The notes below the pieces were generated by a model. That model had not been told where the DNA came from and ran no database searches. It worked only from the letters and a program-made list of their open reading frames with translations. The translations under genes and the position numbers were made by a program. This document shows positions 61,688 to 64,000 of a stretch of DNA of 64,000 nt, piece by piece; the stretch's first letter is position 1, and every line of letters begins with the position of its first letter. Origin of the DNA: Actinomycetota bacterium (GTDB lineage Bacteria; Actinomycetota; Acidimicrobiia; IMCC26256; PALSA-555). The DNA lies in the NCBI GenBank assembly GCA_003140175.1, contig PLJD01000015.1, positions 9,963-73,962 of the forward strand, written 5' to 3'.

Positions 61688-63715
61688 GTGCTCACCGACC
61701 CGCGATCCGAGACCGAGCCTGCAGCACCGCTCGGCGAACCGAACGACTCGCGGCGTACGCCGTCGGGCGACCGGGAGTCTCGCGACGGCCCAGACCTTGA
61801 AGACGGCGACGAGCATCCAGGATCCCGCGTCGAGCGGTTCGACCTGCTGTCGCTGCTCCTCTTGTTCACCCTCGCGATTGAGATCGGAATCGCGTCCGGC
61901 AACTTCGTGCTCGCCCCCCTGCTCACGGGTGTGGGCGGCCCACGCGCCCAAGTACGCGCCGTCGTCCTGCTCGTCGCGGCCGCGATCACGCTCCTCTGGC
62001 GAGTTCGCGCCGCCGGCGCGCCCCACGACCCCGACGAGCTCGGGAGCAACTCGACCGACATTCCACACGCCGCGCTCGGCCCCGGCGACAGGTTGGCAAG
62101 GGCGCTCGCCAACCTGGACGCCGCGCTGGCGGACCAAACGCTCACCGCCACGCCGCTCACCGTCCACGTCGGCCTCCACGTCGTGGAGGTGTTCTGGGAC
62201 GGGCCGCCACCCCCGCCGCGCCCGCCGTGGGCCTCGACCCCGTCGGGGTGGGTCTGGGAGGCGGACCTCAACCACCTCGACCCCTCCTCGCCCCGGTTTC
62301 GGTCCCCGTTGCCCGCACTCGTCGCGCTCGGCACGACGCCCACCGGGTCGCTGTGGCTCAACCTGGCCGGCTTCCGAGTCGTCGCGCTCCTCGGCGACGC
62401 CGCCGACGTCACCGCTGGTTCGGACGCGATCCTCACCCAGCTCCAGCGGGCGGACGCCGCGGGCGCGCTCGACCTCCTCATCGTCGCCGGGCTTCCGCCG
62501 AGTGGCGGGACGATCGCCGACGTCGACGCGGTGACGCCCGAGCGCGTCCTGAGCGCCCTGTGGCGGCACCGGGCCGCGTGGCGCGACCCTCGAGCGCGGC
62601 GCCACGCCGGGCGCGCTCGGGACACCGACGCGACTCGTCCCCTCGTCGTGGCCATCGGCCCCGACGCGCCGGCTCCCGTCGTGGACCCCGTGCTCGACGC
62701 CGCCCGCGGGAACCGTGGCGTCACCTGCCTCGTCCACGGCACCGCCCCCGGCGCGGACCTGTGCCTCACCCTGGGCTCGGACCAGGTCCACATCCCGTTT
62801 CTCGGTGACGTCCCCGTGCGACCGGGCTGGGGCCGCGGCCCGAAGCCGGACCCGGCACCCCCACTCGACCTCCCACCGGGGTGCCCACCCACGACGAGCC
62901 AGCACCCCGAGGACTCCTCGCCGGTGCAGGTCCGAATGCTGGGCCGCGTCGCCGTCGAGGGGGCTGCGGGCGTGCTGCACGCCAAGAGCGTCGAGCTCCT
63001 CGCCTACCTCGCCTGCCACCGCGAGGGCGCGCGAGATGACCAGATCCGGGCCGCGCTGTGGCCCGAGCGCGCCCTCAGCCCCAAGACATGGGCAAACCGA
63101 GTCTCGGTCACCCGTCGGGCCGTCGGCCGCGGGCCCGACGGCGAGCCCCTGCTCCGCCGCTTCCGCGACCATGTCGGACAGCTCGCCCCGTCGGTCCGCT
63201 GCGACGTCGACGAACTCGACGACGCCCTCGCGTTGGCCTCCGCGGCGACGCCCGCCGAGCAGCCCGAGGCCAGCCGACGCCTCGGAGCTGCTCTGGCCCT
63301 GGTCCGCGGGCGACCGTTCGACGTCGTGGCCGGCTACGAGTGGGCGTTCACCGAGCTGCACGTCGCGCACGCCGAACGCATCGTCGTTGATGCGGCGCAC
63401 CGCCTCGGCGCGCTCGCGCTCGCAACCGGGAACACGCGCGGTGCCCAGTGGGCAGCCGAGCAGGGACTCCGCGCCTGCCCCGCCAGCGAGCTGCTCCACG
63501 AGGACCGCATGCGCGCGTGCGCCGCGGCCGGAGACCGCCGCGGTCTCGACGCGTGCCGCCGCGACCTCCTCCATGCCGTCGAAGCTGACGACCCGACCAC
63601 CGCCTTGCACCCCGACACCGCCGCGATCTTCGACCAGCTCCGCGCCGCCCTCGCCGGCCCCCCGACCTCTGACACCGAAGCGACCCCGCCCTCAACCCCA
63701 CGAATCGACCGTTGA
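61688..63715 (+). CDS. membrane-anchored protein with unknown ~350-aa central region and C-terminal SARP-type winged helix + BTAD domain
   Basis: Hydrophobic LLSLLLLFTLAIEIGIASGNFVLAPLL and AVVLLVAAAITLLW. C-terminal VRMLGRVAVEG...VELLAYLACHREGARDDQIRAALWP, then LALVRGRPFD...HEDRMRACAAAGDRRGL (BTAD-like). The antisense 645-aa ORF is rejected. Confidence 0.68.
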   Translation: MLTDPRSETEPAAPLGEPNDSRRTPSGDRESRDGPDLEDGDEHPGSRVERFDLLSLLLLFTLAIEIGIASGNFVLAPLLTGVGGPRAQVRAVVLLVAAAITLLWRVRAAGAPHDPDELGSNSTDIPHAALGPGDRLARALANLDAALADQTLTATPLTVHVGLHVVEVFWDGPPPPPRPPWASTPSGWVWEADLNHLDPSSPRFRSPLPALVALGTTPTGSLWLNLAGFRVVALLGDAADVTAGSDAILTQLQRADAAGALDLLIVAGLPPSGGTIADVDAVTPERVLSALWRHRAAWRDPRARRHAGRARDTDATRPLVVAIGPDAPAPVVDPVLDAARGNRGVTCLVHGTAPGADLCLTLGSDQVHIPFLGDVPVRPGWGRGPKPDPAPPLDLPPGCPPTTSQHPEDSSPVQVRMLGRVAVEGAAGVLHAKSVELLAYLACHREGARDDQIRAALWPERALSPKTWANRVSVTRRAVGRGPDGEPLLRRFRDHVGQLAPSVRCDVDELDDALALASAATPAEQPEASRRLGAALALVRGRPFDVVAGYEWAFTELHVAHAERIVVDAAHRLGALALATGNTRGAQWAAEQGLRACPASELLHEDRMRACAAAGDRRGLDACRRDLLHAVEADDPTTALHPDTAAIFDQLRAALAGPPTSDTEATPPSTPRIDR

Positions 63716-63771
63716 TTCGAGGCCTCGGCTTGCGCCTTGTGCCGCCGAGACCCGAGCCACCAGGAGTGCGC

Positions 63772-64000
63772 ATGCACGTCGCCCCAACCGTCGTCGCGCG
63801 GCTGCTCGCCGACGGCGTCAACGCCAACCCATCCGCCAGCGGACTCCCCGGCGCCGACTTCCTCCAACGACTGATCGACTGGGCTGCGCAGATCGGACTC
63901 TGGGGCAGCCTCGCCGCCATGCTGCTCGGCGCCGCCATGTTCGGGCTCTCTCAACAGGCCGGCAACTACCTCGGCGCGTCACGCGGCAAGCACCTCGTCC
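63772..64000 (+). CDS. small membrane protein, 5' part (runs off the right edge)
   Basis: AGGAG at 63762..63766, 5 nt before ATG 63772. Own translation: MHVAPTVVARLLADGVNANPSASGLPGADFLQRLIDWAAQIGLWGSLAAMLLGAAMFGLSQQAGNYLGASRGKHLV. Contains one clear hydrophobic helix. Confidence 0.5.
   Translation, partial: MHVAPTVVARLLADGVNANPSASGLPGADFLQRLIDWAAQIGLWGSLAAMLLGAAMFGLSQQAGNYLGASRGKHLV

Noticed and set aside
61673-63610. Minus-strand ORF of 645 aa antisense to the SARP-like gene
   Set aside because: The plus-strand frame contains a recognisable winged-helix/BTAD region and TM helices. The antisense frame is Gly/Arg/Glu/Val-rich with no motifs.
1-64000. Search for rRNA, tRNA, CRISPR arrays, IS elements, toxin-antitoxin pairs and known defence-system hallmarks
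   Set aside because: Intergenic regions are short (mostly under 300 nt), and none showed cloverleaf-like tRNA structure, repeat-spacer periodicity or terminal inverted repeats. No nuclease, helicase or restriction-type proteins were recognised among the supported CDS.

Overview
High-GC actinobacterial-type chromosomal segment (about 70% GC or more in sampled lines, judged by eye). It is densely coding, with about 68 CDS that I can support. I recognised no rRNA, tRNA, CRISPR array, transposase or integrase. Many long ORFs in the track are off-frame or antisense artefacts of the GC bias (Arg/Pro/Gly-rich translations).

The window has three blocks.

(1) 1-13 kb: a two-domain LigD and a compact, complete classical menaquinone pathway (menE, menB, menA, menC, menH, menD, menF, menG). 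Several genes are linked by 4-nt start/stop overlaps, and a MerR-family regulator is coupled to menG-menF.

(2) 13.2-33.1 kb: a visibly lower-GC surface-glycan island. It contains:
- a complete GDP-D-glycero-alpha-D-manno-heptose pathway (gmhA, hddA, hddC, gmhB) plus a dedicated transaldolase;
- an epimerase/dehydratase and an SDR + Gfo/Idh/MocA + methyltransferase trio;
- five SAM methyltransferases in total, two of them with coiled-coil tails ending in a shared SW[KR]xTRPLRAL motif;
- a GT4 and a Wzm/Wzt ABC exporter whose Wzt carries a C-terminal carbohydrate-binding-type extension;
- a separate GT2 + YfhO (GT-C) pair.

(3) 33-64 kb: mixed housekeeping and accessory genes. Notable items:
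- a decayed partial tandem duplicate of a flavin reductase gene;
- a Lys/Arg-rich tandem-repeat protein;
- a second UbiA prenyltransferase next to a GT28-TM-degenerate-CE4 fusion and an intact CE4 deacetylase;
- a CrtQ/CrtO-like glycosyltransferase/acyltransferase pair;
- a response regulator - histidine kinase - ribB operon;
- a Tat-exported phospholipase C;
- several F420-type enzymes;
- a membrane-anchored SARP/BTAD regulator at the right edge.

The best candidate for an undescribed system is the island. I infer an ABC-transporter-dependent, heptose-based, methyl-capped (possibly polymethylated) glycan with WbdD-like coiled-coil terminators, combined with a YfhO-type extracytoplasmic glycosylation branch. 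All family calls rest on motifs read from the translations and on memory of the families. No database search was run.
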